From Callorhinchus milii (taxonomy: Eukaryota), in contig NW_024704743.1 in NCBI RefSeq assembly GCF_018977255.1, forward strand, positions 10,542,001 through 10,606,000: a stretch of 64,000 bases of DNA, given 5' to 3'. The translations under genes were made by a program, and so were the position numbers. Below the pieces are notes generated by a model that saw nothing but the letters and a program-made list of their open reading frames with translations, had not been told where the DNA came from and did no database searches. Positions 13,561-25,968 of the stretch are shown piece after piece (within the stretch, counting starts at the first letter, position 1; every line of letters begins with the position of its first letter).

Positions 13561-13849
13561 GAATATTGAAGCCAACTGAGTGTTCTCACTGCAAACAAAA
13601 CTGCAATACAAAAACCGATCAGATTTGAGACATTCCTAGGTTCCCCTTTGGAACCTTAAAACTTTAGGCAATTTGCAGGTGCCACTGAGGTTAAAGTTCA
13701 GTACAGAAATCTGTCAGGTATCAGGGTGAACACTGATATGCCAGGGTCTAATGTGCAGTATTTCTTAATCAAATTCCTTCATAAGAAAGCCAAGCCACGA
13801 GAAAAAAATTAGGGCTTCTCAAGTACATTCATCCACAAATAGTCACTCC

Positions 13850-15590
13850 ACTTTACCTTCTGTCCACACACCCTTCTGTCAACCACATCGGACTACAAAA
13901 CGTCCGCTCCCTCTGTTACAAGGCCCTGGTCATCAACGATCTCATCCTCGATGAGAGCGTTGACATCATGGCCTTAACGGAAACCTGGCTCACCCCAAGC
14001 GACACCTTCCCCCTCACGGAGGCCACACCACCCGGCTACACCTCCCACCACATCCCTCGCCCCAACCGCCTTGGCGGTTGTGTAGCACTTATCTCAAGGA
14101 CACCACTTGCCCTATCCCCTACTCCTCTGGCTCTTTCCCCACTTTTGAGTACCTCAACCTCTTCCACCCCTCCTATATCTCACTCAAAATCCCTAATCCT
14201 AACCCTAACTCTACCGGCTCCCTAAAATCTTTCCCACCTTCATCTCCAATATTTCTACCCACCTAACATCTCTCTGTCTCTGCTCTGATCGCCTCATCAT
14301 CCTGGGCAACTTCAACCTGCACTTCACAGCCTCCTGTGCCATCTCCTCGGACTTCTCCTCCCTCCTCTCCTCGCTCAACCTTTCACTCAACATCAATTCT
14401 GCTACTCACAGTCACGGCCACCCACTCGATTTTGTGATCACCCGGGGCCTCAGTGTCTCGGATGTCACCATTACCGACAAGGCCATATCTGATCACCACT
14501 TCATCTCCTTCACCACCTCCACCCCCATCCTCACCTCCACCAGACCCACCACCATCTTCTACCGCCCCTGGAAGAAGTTACCCCCACAATCCCTAACCGC
14601 TGCCTTGGAGTCCTCTGAACGCCTCTCCCTCTGGCCTTCATCCCTCACTGAAACCTTCTTCTGCCCTCACCTTCATCCACAACGCCCTCTCCTCCACACT
14701 CGACACTATTGCCCCCATTACCTCCCGTACTGTCTCTTACTCTCGCTCCTCCCCCGGTTCACCACCCACTTCCACTCATTGAAGAGCCAGGTGCGGGCCG
14801 CTGAACGCAACCTGCCTCAAATCTGGCCTAACGGGCCACCGACATATCTGGTTGGACCTCCTCAAAATCTACCGCTCCACTCTAGCCTCAGCCAAGTCGT
14901 CCTTCTACTCCAGCATAATCCTGGAGGCGAAGAACAACCCCAGGCTTGTGTTCTCTACCACATCCCGACTCCTCCAAACCCCCGCCACCCCGCGCAGGTC
15001 ATCTCCTCCAACCTTCACTGCGAGGAGATGCTGGATTTCCTTGAATCCAAAATCAAGGGAATCCGCTCCGCAGTCACTGCCCCTCCAACTTCCACCCACC
15101 CCACACCCCTTCCCTCCCATACTCCGTCTCCTACCCATCCTCCCCTGCACACCTTCGAACCTGTTTCCCCACCCTCTGTCACCAAACTCATCCTGTCCCT
15201 GAAACCCACCACCTGCTCCCTTGACCCCATCTCCACTCCACTCCTTATCTCCCAGCTCCACCTCCTTGCCCCCTTTCTCGTGGACTCGTGGAGTCCTGTA
15301 GCTCAGTGGTTAGAGCACTCGCTTTGCAAGCGAGAGACCTGAGTTCAATTCCAGACAGGGCGAAACCTTGGGCAAGTTTCCTTACTCCACACGCCTAATA
15401 ATAATCCCTCCAAAACCAAAAACAGTAATAAATTGGTCATTTTCAATCTACGACTGTTTGTGGGACATTGCTGTGCGCAATTGGCTGCCGCGTTCGCCCA
15501 CAAATATACAGTCAATTCACTTTACGGTGTGTTCTGTGAAGCACTTTGGGACGTCCTCCCGACGTGAAAAGTGCTATATCAAATGCAAGG

Positions 15591-15654
<64 letters not shown>

Positions 15655-17058
15655 TCACAGACATCATCAACCTGTCCCTCTCCTCTGGCTCTGTTCCCAT
15701 TACCCTAAAAACTGCCACCATCACTCCCACTTTGAAAAAACCCTCCCTTGATGCGTCGCAGCTATCAAGCTACCGGCCCATCTCCAACCTTCCCTTCCTG
15801 TCCAAGGACCTTGAAAGAGTACTCGCCTCCCAGCTGCACTCTTTCCTCTCCATCCATGCATTATTCGAACCCCTTCAGTCGGGTTTCCGTGCTGCCCATA
15901 GCACAGAAACTGCCCTGGTCAAGGTCACCAATGACATCCTGACCATCTGTGACCAGGGCTCCCTCTGCCTCCTCGTCCTCCTCGACCTATCGTCCGCATT
16001 CGATACGGTCGACCACGCTATCCGCCTCCACCGCTTTTCCTCCCACCTCAACTTTCAAGGCCCTGTCCTTGAGTGATTTAGGTCGTACCTCTCCCACCGT
16101 CTTCATTTTGTTTCCATAAATGTCTTTTCCTCCAGCCCCCGCACTGTCTCGTGCGGTGTCCCTCAGGGCTCTGTCCTTGGTCCCCTCCTCTTCACCCTCT
16201 ACATGCTCCCCCTTGGTGACATCAACCGCAGACATGGAGTTAACTTCCACAAGTATGCGGATGACACCCAACTCTACCTTTCCTCTTCTACCCTCAACTC
16301 CACGACCACCGATGTCCTGACAGCTGCCTGTCTGACATCGAGTCCTGGACGAGAGACAACTTTCTTCAGCTCAACGTGCGCAAAACTGAGGCCCTCTTGA
16401 TTGGCTCGTGTCAGCCCCTCCGCACCTCAGGCGCTGACAGCATCAGCATCCAAGGCTGCACTCTCCACCTCTCAAAGTCAGTCAGGAACCTCGGTGTTCT
16501 GCTGTCCTTTCTTCCTCATATCCGCGCCACAACTGGCACTGCCTTCCATCACCTCCGGAATATCACCAGACTACGGCACTACCTCACCCCTCACGCTGCT
16601 GAATCACTGGTCCACGCCTTTATCACTTCAAGGCTGGACTATGGGAACTCTCTCCTCGCCGGCCTTCCCGGCACCTCCCTCCACAAGCTGCAGGTCATTC
16701 ACAACTGTACAGTTTGTGTACTGTCCCGCACCAGGCTTCGCGACCACATCACTCCCACCCTCGCTCACCTCCACTGGCTCACCATCCCCCAGAGGATCGA
16801 CTTCAAGATCCTCATCCTCACCTAAAAGGCCATTCATGGCCTTGCTCCCTCCTACCTCTCCGACCTACTATTCTCCTACTTACCTTCCCTTACCTTCCGT
16901 TCCTCTGGCTCCAGTCTACTACACATCCCCTGCCCTAACCGCCCTACCATCGGTGGCCGGGCCTTCAGCCTCTCAGCCTCTAGGCTCTGGAACTCCATCC
17001 CCCAGTGCCTCCGCTTTGCTTCCTCCCTTTCCTCCTTGAAGGCCTGTCTCAAGACCAT
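13850..17058 (+). mobile_element. L2 LINE, near-complete ORF2 (APE endonuclease + RT), frameshifted, interrupted by a SINE
   Basis: MALTETWL (APE), [52 protein letters not shown]. Confidence 0.97.
15288..15652 (+). mobile_element. Young short-form tRNA-Ala-derived SINE with long (TTA)n tail
   Basis: Full head with CTCGC-TTTGCAA-GCGAG anticodon arm; L2-type tail; candidate TSD 15275-15285/15652-15662. Confidence 0.95.
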
Positions 17059-17075
17059 TATTGTTGTTTACAATA

Positions 17076-18133
17076 TACAACAGCAACAACAAAATTACAC
17101 TTATAGAGCGCGTTTCACATCGGGAGAACGTCCCAAGGCGATGGATAGTTGGAAGTCAGGTTCCGAGCATGGGAAAGGGGTGGGGTAGGGGCAAGGGAAG
17201 GCAGAGAGGTGGGAGGGCAACCGAAGACACGATCGAAGAGGAGGGTCTTGAGACCAGCGAGGAAGGAGGCAAGGGAGGAAGCGATGTGAAGGGACTGTGG
17301 GATGGAGTTCCAGAGTGTGGGGGCAGAGGCTGAAAGCTTGGCCACTGATGGTAGGGCGGGTCGGGCGGGAGACTTGGAGCACGACAGAGCCTGCTGATTG
17401 GAGACAGTGGGCAGGTTGGTAGGGAGTCAGCAGGTTAGAGAGGTAGGAGGGGGCAAGGCCATGGATAGCCTTGAATGTGAGGACGAGGATCTTGAATTCG
17501 ATCCTATGGGGGATGCGGAGCCAGTGGAGTCGGGTGAGGGTGGGAGTAATGGGGTCACAGAGCCTGGTGCATGAGAGTACACGAGCTTCAGGGTTTTGGA
17601 TGATCTGCAGCTTGTGAAGGGAAGAGTTGGGAAGGCCGATGAGGAGGAAATTTCCATAATCGAGCCTTGATGTGACAAATGCATGGGTGAGGGTTTCGGC
17701 AGCCTGAGGGGTAAGGCAGTGGTCGAGTCTGGCAATGTTGGGGAGGTGGTGGTAGGCAGTGCCAGTCATGGCGTGGATGTGGGGGAGAAAGGACAGTTCT
17801 GGTTCAAACAAGACACCCAGGTTCCTGACTGGCTTAGTGAGGTTGAGTGAGCAGCCATAGAGGCTGGTGCTGCCATCAACTGAGGTGCGGAGACGCTGGC
17901 GCGAGCCAATCAGGAGCCTTGGTCTTGCTGACATTCAGCTGGAGAAAGTGGTCCCTCGTCCAGGACTTGATGTTGGACAGGCAGTCGGTCAGGACGCCAG
18001 TAGTCCTGGAGTTGAGGGTGGAGGCAGAGAGATAGAGTTGGGTGTCATCCGCATACATGTGGAAATTTACCCTGCAGATGATGTCACCAAGGGGGATCAT
18101 GTAGAGGGTGAAGAAGAGGGGACCGAGGACAGA
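17076..18133 (-). mobile_element. L2 LINE 3' part, tail-to-tail with the previous copy
   Basis: ORFs 17101-17934 and 17876-18100 ([20 protein letters not shown]). Confidence 0.95.
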
Positions 18134-18539
18134 GATGGAGGATATATCCTGTGAAGCGCTTTGAGATGTCCTCCTGATGTGAATGGCGCTACACTAAATG
18201 GAAGAATTAAGGTAACTGGAAGAATATCAGGCTGACTCATGGGAACGCCACTCTGAAGTGAGTTGCTTCCAGAGCAGCGCAAAAAGCATCCTAACAAAAT
18301 ACTTTAATTCTGATTTTTCGAAATAATAATAATCCTTGTTGATGTATTTGTTTATCCTTATTGTTTGATAGAGCACCTTACATGTCAGGAGGGTCAGTCA
18401 AAGTACTTCATGTGATATACTGTAAAGTGTAGTGACTTTGTATTGTGTAGGTAAATGCAGCAACCAATTTACTCACAAAATACAGCAAATTAGACCTCCC
18501 ATCATGTTCTAAGATAGGATATACAGGCTCACATCCACC

Positions 18540-18860
18540 ACAGCTATGAGCAATGATTTGATAAGCTAAGGCTCTTCAATCTTGAGAAACAACATCTCAG
18601 AGGGTACCATATAGAGATGCATAATATTTCTGCTGGGGTTGAAAAAGTAAACCTTGAATAATATTTTAGGATGTACCAAGACAGTGAAACAAAAGTACAA
18701 GTTTAGAATTGCAAAGGGCAATTTCAGAATAGCACTAGGAAGTTTTTTCCTTTACGACTGGAAAAGTTTGCCAGGAAGAGTGGTTGAGGACTCTGTATTG
18801 TGGAAGTATGAGATCAAAAGAGCCAAAGAACCTTTTTCATTCAAACCAATCCTCTGATTT
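18540..18860 (+). mobile_element. Old CR1-like 3' fragment (similar relics at ~27050-27430, 50790-51325, 61610-61870)
   Basis: Decayed SYE..L..L.LF.LEK..LRG motif and W..LP..VVE motif. Confidence 0.65.
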
Positions 18861-19024
18861 TGTACCCAAACCGTTCGTTAATCTGACATGGACTAACAGG
18901 TAATTAAATAAAAACACCTTGGAACATGAACACAGATCACCAGTGAAAACCAACATAATCCCAACCTTAACCACCAATGCATATTAACCAACCAACTGTC
19001 TGGGAATCAGACACTGGCAAACAG

Positions 19025-20158
19025 AGAAGCAACAACAGCAAAATTACATTTGTGTAGTGCCTTCCACGTCGGGAGGACATCCCAAGGTGCTGGATAATCA
19101 GGGTTTCTGACGAGAGCTGAGAGTTGGGATCGGGGAAGGTGAAGGGTGGTAGGGAAAGGAAGGTGACCGAAAGGCATGGTCGAAGAGGAGGATCTTGAGA
19201 TGGGTCTTGAAGGTGGCAAGGGATAGGGCAAGGTGAAGGGACTGTGGGAAGGAGTTCCAGAGGATGGGGTGGCTGAAGGCCCACCCACCAATGGTGAGAT
19301 GGGCGAGACGGGGGATATAAAGCAGGCCGGAGCTCGCTGAACAGAGGGAGCAGACAGGTTGGTAGTTAGGAGGTTACAGAGGCTATGGAGAGCTTTGAAA
19401 GTGAGGACCAGGATCTTGAACTGTATCTGTGTGATGGGAAACCTGTGGAGTCGTGCAAGGATGGGGGTGATGGGGTCTCGGAGCCTGATGTGGGAGAGGA
19501 CACGGGCTGCAGATTTCTGGATGATCTGCAACCTATGGAGGGAGACGTTGGGGAGGCCGACAAGCAGCGAGTTTGCGTAATCAAGCCTGGATGTTATGAA
19601 TGCATTTATGAGGGTTTTGGTGGTCTGCGGTGAGACAGTGGTGGAACCGGGTGATGTTGCAGAGGTGGGGGAAGGCAGAACTGGTCATGGTATGGATGTG
19701 GGGTAGAAAGGACAGTTGAGGGTCAAACAAGATGCCAAGGTTCCAGACTGGCTTAGTGAGGTGGAGTGTGCATCCTTAGATGGTGATCCTGTCAGTGCCT
19801 AAGATGTGGAAGCACTGATGGGAGCCAATCAGGAGAGCCTCGGTCTTGTTGATGTTCAGGCGTAGAAAGTTAGCACTCATCCAGGACTTGATGTCTGACA
19901 GACATTCTGTCAGAACAGCAGTTGTCCTGGAGTCGAGGGTAAAGTCAAAGAGATAGAGTTGGGTGTCATCCGCGGACATGTGGAAGTTGACTCCATGTCT
20001 GCCGATGATTGTCACCAAGAGGGAGCATATAGATATTGAAGAGGAGGGGACCAAGGACAGAGCCTTGAAGAATGTCGAATGAGACGATGCAAGGGCTAGA
20101 GGAGAAACCGTTTGTGGAGATGAAGTGGAAATGGTGTGAGAGGTAGGAGCTGCACCAT
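19025..20158 (-). mobile_element. L2 LINE 3' part
   Basis: [29 protein letters not shown]; (TTG)n tail. Confidence 0.95.
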
Positions 20159-20164
20159 TCAGTA

Positions 20165-20420
20165 GTTGTTACCAGAAACAGAGGGGAGGTGAGAAGACAT
20201 TTTTTCACCCAGCGAATTGTTTGGATCTGGAATGCATTGTCTGATTCGATAACAACTTTTAAGAGACAAGTAGATAATTATTTGGAGAGGACAAGTTTGC
20301 AGGGCTATGAGGAGAGAGTGTGGGAGTGGGATTGATTTGGATAGCTCTTTTAAAAGAGCCAGCACAGACACGATGGGCCAAATGGCCTCCTTCTCTGCTG
20401 TATAATTCTATGATTCTATA
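20165..20420 (+). mobile_element. CR1 3' end
   Basis: Matches the CR1 3' UTR, ends attctatgattctat. Confidence 0.9.
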
Positions 20421-21908
20421 ATGATTTAGCAAGTACATTGAAGGATGCATTGTAATGAGAGCTGTGAGGGCTGCATTTAATTTTAAGTTTGCCTTCAAAA
20501 TATACTCACTAAACTTTGAGATGTCTTCCTGACATGAAAATATTTATAATAATAATAATCATTGCATTTGATATAGTTTTATTATCCTGGTTTCCAACAA
20601 CCAAACTAGGAGGGTTATTGTCAATAATATGCCAGTGCACATGTGCAGATTGAGGGCACTTGCCAGGTAGTGCTCACAGTGTCCAGGAAAAAGGTTTAGG
20701 TTAAATCCAACAGCACACCAACAACTACTCTGCTCCTCTCCCCCAAGCTTTGCTCTCGCCAAACTCATCCTAATATTCTCCGGATTAAATAAGCAGGGTG
20801 CATCCCTCCAGGGAGAGTGTGCATGTTCCATTCCAGATACAGGGATATATACAAGTGTAGATAGCACACACAAAGAACCCTCAGTCTGCTTTAGATACTC
20901 TTAAGGGTGGTGATAGGTTCCCAAGTGTCAGACACTCATCTGACCAAACAAAAATAGAAGAAAAAAAGAGGGAAAAACACTTGTAAACTATTCAAATTTT
21001 TTTGAAGGACTAGATGAAGCTAAACATAATATTTTACCTTTCAGCTGCGTTTTTATTTGGTTTTTCTTAACTTAAATCCAAATCCATTTGTGTTCAAGAA
21101 AATATACCTAGAACATGTCCACACATACAATGCCACTAGTTGATCTACTTCAACTTTGAACCTCCAACTTTACTACAATAATAAATGATAATCCTTAACA
21201 TGAATTAATATCTCACTTTTACCTTCCAATGCCTCAACACCCTTGCCCCACTCTATCTCTACGATTTCCTGTGGTGCTAAACTCCCAGCACAATCGCTGA
21301 CTCCATCAGCTCAGACTTGATTCATGTCCCTTGCTGCTTCTGCCCCAGTGTTGAAGGGCAAATTTTCAGCCACTTTGTCCGCTCTCTATCTGGCTAAATT
21401 TCTCCTCTTCGCACCCTCCCTCTCTGCTTTCAAAACCCATCTAAAGCCCTATATCTTTGAGTGAGCATTCAGCCACCTCCTGTCTAAACCACTTGCCTCT
21501 GTCTCTTTCACTGCTAGGAAACCCACTATCTCTGTAAAGTGCTATACATAAATATAATAATAAGATGCTGCTTTTGTTGTGTTAGATTGTCTATAAAATA
21601 CAGCCACTTAACTTTACAGTGTCCTGAGAAGTGTTTTGAGATGTCCTTCCTAACAGGAAAGGTGCTATATTAAATGAAGGATTGATTAATTTGTGTATTT
21701 ATTTATCAATTTATATACCTATTTATTTATTTAATTATCTATTTATTTGATTATTTATTTGGCTCAATGTCTTTTGAAGCAACACTGAACTGTCCTATGG
21801 GCATCAAAGAGGACAGAGATTGGAGACTTTGACCTGCTTCAGTCCAAACCATTGTTCTCTAATAAGTAAAATAATAGAATTTAAATGCACCATTGGCAAA
21901 GAGATAAC

Positions 21909-22625
21909 GTGGAGTTCTGTAGCATAGTGGTTAGAATACTCGCCTCGCAAGCGATAAGACCTGGGTTCAATTCCCATCAGGATGAAATGTTGAACAAGTT
22001 TCCTTACTCCTCATGCCTCTGTTTACCTAGCAGTAAGTAGGAACCAGGTTGTTAATCATTAAGTGGATCGTTTTTCTGGGGGTAACAATCCCTAAAAGAA
22101 ACATAATAACAATATTAATTTGTTCACTCAATCCATGACTGTTTATAATAATAATAATCCTTGCATTTGATATAGCGCTTTTGACGTCTTCTGGACGTCT
22201 CAAAGCGCTTCAAGAATAGACTGTAAAGTGAATGACCGTATATTTGTGGGCGAAATGTGGCAGCCAATTGCGCACAGCAGTGTCCCACAAACAGTCGTGG
22301 ATTGAAATGACCAATTTATTATTTTTTTTGAGGGATTATTATCAGTGTCGAGTAAGGAAACTTGCCCAAGGTTTCGCCCTGCTGGGAATCGAACCTAGGT
22401 CTCTTGCTTGCAAAGCAAGTGATCTAACCACTGAGCTACAGGACTCCACATATGGCGGAGATGGCCGATGCATCAGAGGTATTTGTGAGATACCACTGTG
22501 CACAATTGGCTGCCGCGTTTCGCCCACAAAATGCATAGTCAATTCACTTTACAGTTTAGTCTTTGAAGCACTTTGTGACGTCTAGAAAACATGTTAAGGT
22601 GCTATATCAAATGCAAGGATTATGA
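21909..22625 (+). mobile_element. Long-form tRNA-SINE interrupted by an opposite-strand short-form SINE (22146-22449)
   Basis: Head at 21909; the body breaks at gactgttt and resumes near 22482 (tttgtgagatacc). Confidence 0.85.
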
Positions 22626-23430
22626 ACACGTGTGATCAGAGAATAATAAAACATGAAACCATTCCATCCAGATAAATAGATACAAAATTATGATTTGTAA
22701 CACAACCTGTTAATGCATTGCTTACATGTGCCCTGTGTGTGAATCATAAAGAGAACATTTTAATGAAAAGCTGCTTGTTGTTGGCTCAGCTTGCACTTTG
22801 AAATGGGGGGTGAATGTGAAATGTGCGACATTTCAGAACAAATTGGATGTGATAATTACCACATTGAATCAGGGTTTCACTACAGCCACTGTGTTAAAAA
22901 TCAATCATTTCATTTCACAAGATTGAGTATTGTAATATCAAGTCATGTTTCGCAAACTCTAGAGTTTATGGTAACAGCGATATAAATATCAGCCTGGGAT
23001 TCTGTTGCAATCATCAGTAACCTTTAGCTATATGCCAGAGTTCCCTTTGTTGGTTCAGTTTGAACAATCTGGCAGTATTTTACATTAAGCGCACCTTTCA
23101 CAAGCTGTGACACAGACAGGTTATCTGTTTTTTGTTCACAATATTTGACATAACTGAAGTAAGAAAAAAAGGTCAGGGCTGGATTGAACATGATGCAGTG
23201 TACATTCATCTGACTCACTGCTTAGTCACATAGGCAGATTTCTTCATAGCTTGTGTAAGTCACTTGTTCTGGAGAACAGAATTGACTGACAGGCTGTGGT
23301 TTGAGTGGGAACTAAATGACACTTAGTTCCTCATAAATTAATCCCTGTTGAAAACGTATTGCATTTCCCTTTCATGCTCTGTTATCATTCTTGGTTGCAA
23401 GAGTAGGTGACAGGAACGTGTTTCGGTGGC

Positions 23431-23937
23431 AGTAATAATAATAATTCTTGCATTTTACACAGCGCCTTATCATGTTGTTGAGACATCTCAAAGCGCTTCA
23501 CAGAATATATTGTAAAGTGAATTGACTTGTGGGCGAAAATGGTATGACAATGGTCTCCTTTTGCTCTATAAATTTCTGCAATTCCATGCTTCTAAGAACT
23601 ATATTGATATTTTAAAATAAAATACAAATAAATTCAAATTAAAACAGCGCTCAAGTGAATTGATTGAATATTTTGTGGGTGAAAAGCAGCAGCCAATTGT
23701 GCACAGCAGTGTCCCACAAAGAGTCATGGACTGAGCAACCAAACTACTATTTTAAGGAATTATTACCCCCAGAAAGCGATCCACCAATGGATTAACAACT
23801 GAGTGCCTACTTACTGCGAGGTAAATAGAGGTGTGTGGAGTAAGGAAACTTGCCTATGTCTTGCCCTGCGTGAGAATTAAACCTGGGTCCTCTCATTTGC
23901 GAGGCAAGTGCTCTAACCAATATGTTGCGGGACTCCA
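23431..23937 (-). mobile_element. Long-form tRNA-SINE containing a block duplicated with 43232-43465
   Basis: Family head/body 23652-23937; tail fragment 23431-23540. Confidence 0.8.
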
Positions 23938-24259
23938 AGCCTCAGCTCAGGCCAACCTGCGCTTAATACTCTCTGGAATTAAGCAGGATGGGTCCCTTTG
24001 GGAGACAGTACACATTCCAATTCAAATATGGGTATTTCCATGTTCCATACCTAGAACTCTTAGTTTAGTTTGAGTACTTTCGCTTATGGTAATGGGTTTC
24101 TGCATGTGTCAGACTGACCATAAAATACTAGGAACACTTTTCAGAAAGGCACTTGGATAGCTCCCTCTGTTGTTCTCAATCTCACTTCAATGGTTTCAAT
24201 GTGGTGTCTCGGGTAATCTCTGCACATGTATCACATCCATTTGATTAGAAAGTAACAGT

Positions 24260-24715
24260 CTGGCATCTGTTCTCATGAGGAATGTGTGGAACAGGTTGTG
24301 GCTCTGTATGAGATTGCAGAATGTTGTAGGACTAAGGGGAAACCCAGCTATATTGCATTCATCGAATTCCACAGGGATTTTAACCTAGTGACTTATGAAG
24401 CCTTCATGGTGAACCTGGAAGCCATGGGAATACTTGGCCAAATAACAAATTTTAAGCGCTCTGAGACGCTACCTTGCGTGGAGGGCGCTATATAAGTGCA
24501 CGTTGTTGTTGTGTTATAGTTGTTGTGCATTCCAACTGTAAGATCCATGTAAAGGTTGACGGTGGACTGAATGAGCTCATTCCTCTTGAAAGAGGGGTGA
24601 AGCAAGGGTTGTCCATTGTCATCCACCCTATTTGATGTATTCATTGATGTATCAAATGGCATCGAGGGGAATGCCATCCAGGGCATTGCTGATGACAGCC
24701 AGCTTGCCAACTTGT
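24260..24715 (+). pseudogene. Decayed non-LTR retrotransposon RT fragment, not CR1/L2-like, with a short L2-type tail inserted at ~24455-24512
   Basis: Conceptual translation EECVEQVVALYEI..KGKPSYIAFIEF..DFNLV..EAF..NL..MGI.G, then (with frameshifts) LERGVKQG/CPLSSTLFDVFID and ADD. Confidence 0.75.
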
Positions 24716-25395
24716 GCTCTTGCTAACCTCACCTAATAGATAATTAGATAAGCAGTGAGAAAGTGCACATTCCATTCCAATAAATACCTCAGGAATTTCC
24801 ATGTGGAGGTGGGATGCATGGAACTCTGTTAAACATGGTGAATGTGTCAGTTGAACTCCCAAAAAATATAACAGCTCAGGATTGAGTATTTGTGCACTGA
24901 TTACTAAATGCAAGTTGTTGTTGATTATTAATGGCCAGATTTTCCTAAGGAATCATTGCCATGAGTTTTGCAGGTTCAGCCTGGTTGTAATTTTACATGT
25001 GTGCATGTGGTTATAAATAACTGAAGTGAAGTGCTGGGAAGGGGAATATTTATACTCTGTACTTCATGTCAACATTAAGCACTGCTTAGTTTTTCTTGTG
25101 TCAATTACCACCTCCACCCACTTTCTCCTTCTGTCCTGAAACCTTTGATACTTGCTGGGATACAAGCCCCCAGGCCTCTTCAGTCAGTATCTTGCCCAAG
25201 TGTACCAAGCAAGATTCTAGTTAATTGGACGTCAGCAACTTGTTTAACCATGTGTGGGCTATCACAGTAAAACCAGATTCAGGCATAACCTTAACAAAAC
25301 ACAAAATACTGCAGATGCTGGAATCTGAAACAAAAACAGAGAGAACTGGGAAATCTCAGCAGGTCAGGCAGCATCTATGGAGAAAGGAAAGTAAG

Positions 25396-25430
25396 TCAAC
25401 GTTTCGGGTCCACGACCCTTTGTCAGAACT
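25396..25430 (-). ncRNA. Minimal type I hammerhead-ribozyme motif (degenerate core) in the left Penelope arm
   Basis: Reverse complement AGTT-CTGACAA-A-GGGTC-GTG-GACCC-GAAACGTT-GACT. Confidence 0.6.
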
Positions 25431-25779
25431 GGGGCATGTTGGGAGGGTGAGGTTTTTAAGGACAAGTTGAGAGGGGGAGGCAGGACAAGGGTGACAAAGA
25501 AGACAAAAGAGAGAATGTGTTAGTTGATGGGTTAAAGAGGTGATAGTAGTGTAAAACAAAAGGGGAGGTTGTACAACAAAAGGAGGGGGCGAGGGGTTTG
25601 AAACAAAACAAGGGAGAAGAGGTGTTAATAGTGTGGAACAGACAACACACTAGAGAGAGGCAAAGAGTATCTGGGCTGATGATTGCAATGATAACAGAAG
25701 ATAACTTTTCTGGTAACAGAAAGAGAGGAGGGGAGGAGGTGAGCCGTATTTTCTGTACCTACGTCCTCACCCCTTCCCC

Positions 25780-25968
25780 CCCATCCCGGAACTGGGGTAG
25801 GGTCCCCTTAGTCCTCTCGACTCTCTACCCCCTCCTCGCTCCCTCCCTTCCCTCCCTTCACCCTGACCATTTCCCCCTTGCTCGGGTCCTGACCCAACTG
25901 TACAGCACCTTGGGACGTCCTCCCGACGTGAAAGGTGCTCTATAAATGGAATTTTATTGTTGTTGTTG
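25780..25968 (+). mobile_element. L2 3' tail fragment inserted inside the Penelope element
   Basis: ccctgaccatttccccc...gggacgtcctcccgacgtgaaaggtgctc(TTG)n. Confidence 0.85.

Noticed and set aside
13578..13616. V(D)J RSS nonamer ACAAAAACC
   Set aside because: No heptamer at 12- or 23-bp spacing and no V/J segment nearby
14434..15342. 302-aa ORF as a host gene
   Set aside because: Frameshifted L2 ORF2 running into a SINE head
15288..15365. tRNA-Ala gene
   Set aside because: SINE head with an imperfect T stem, always followed by the SINE body
15368..15751. Poly-Tyr and poly-Ile ORFs
   Set aside because: Translations of the (TTA)n SINE tail
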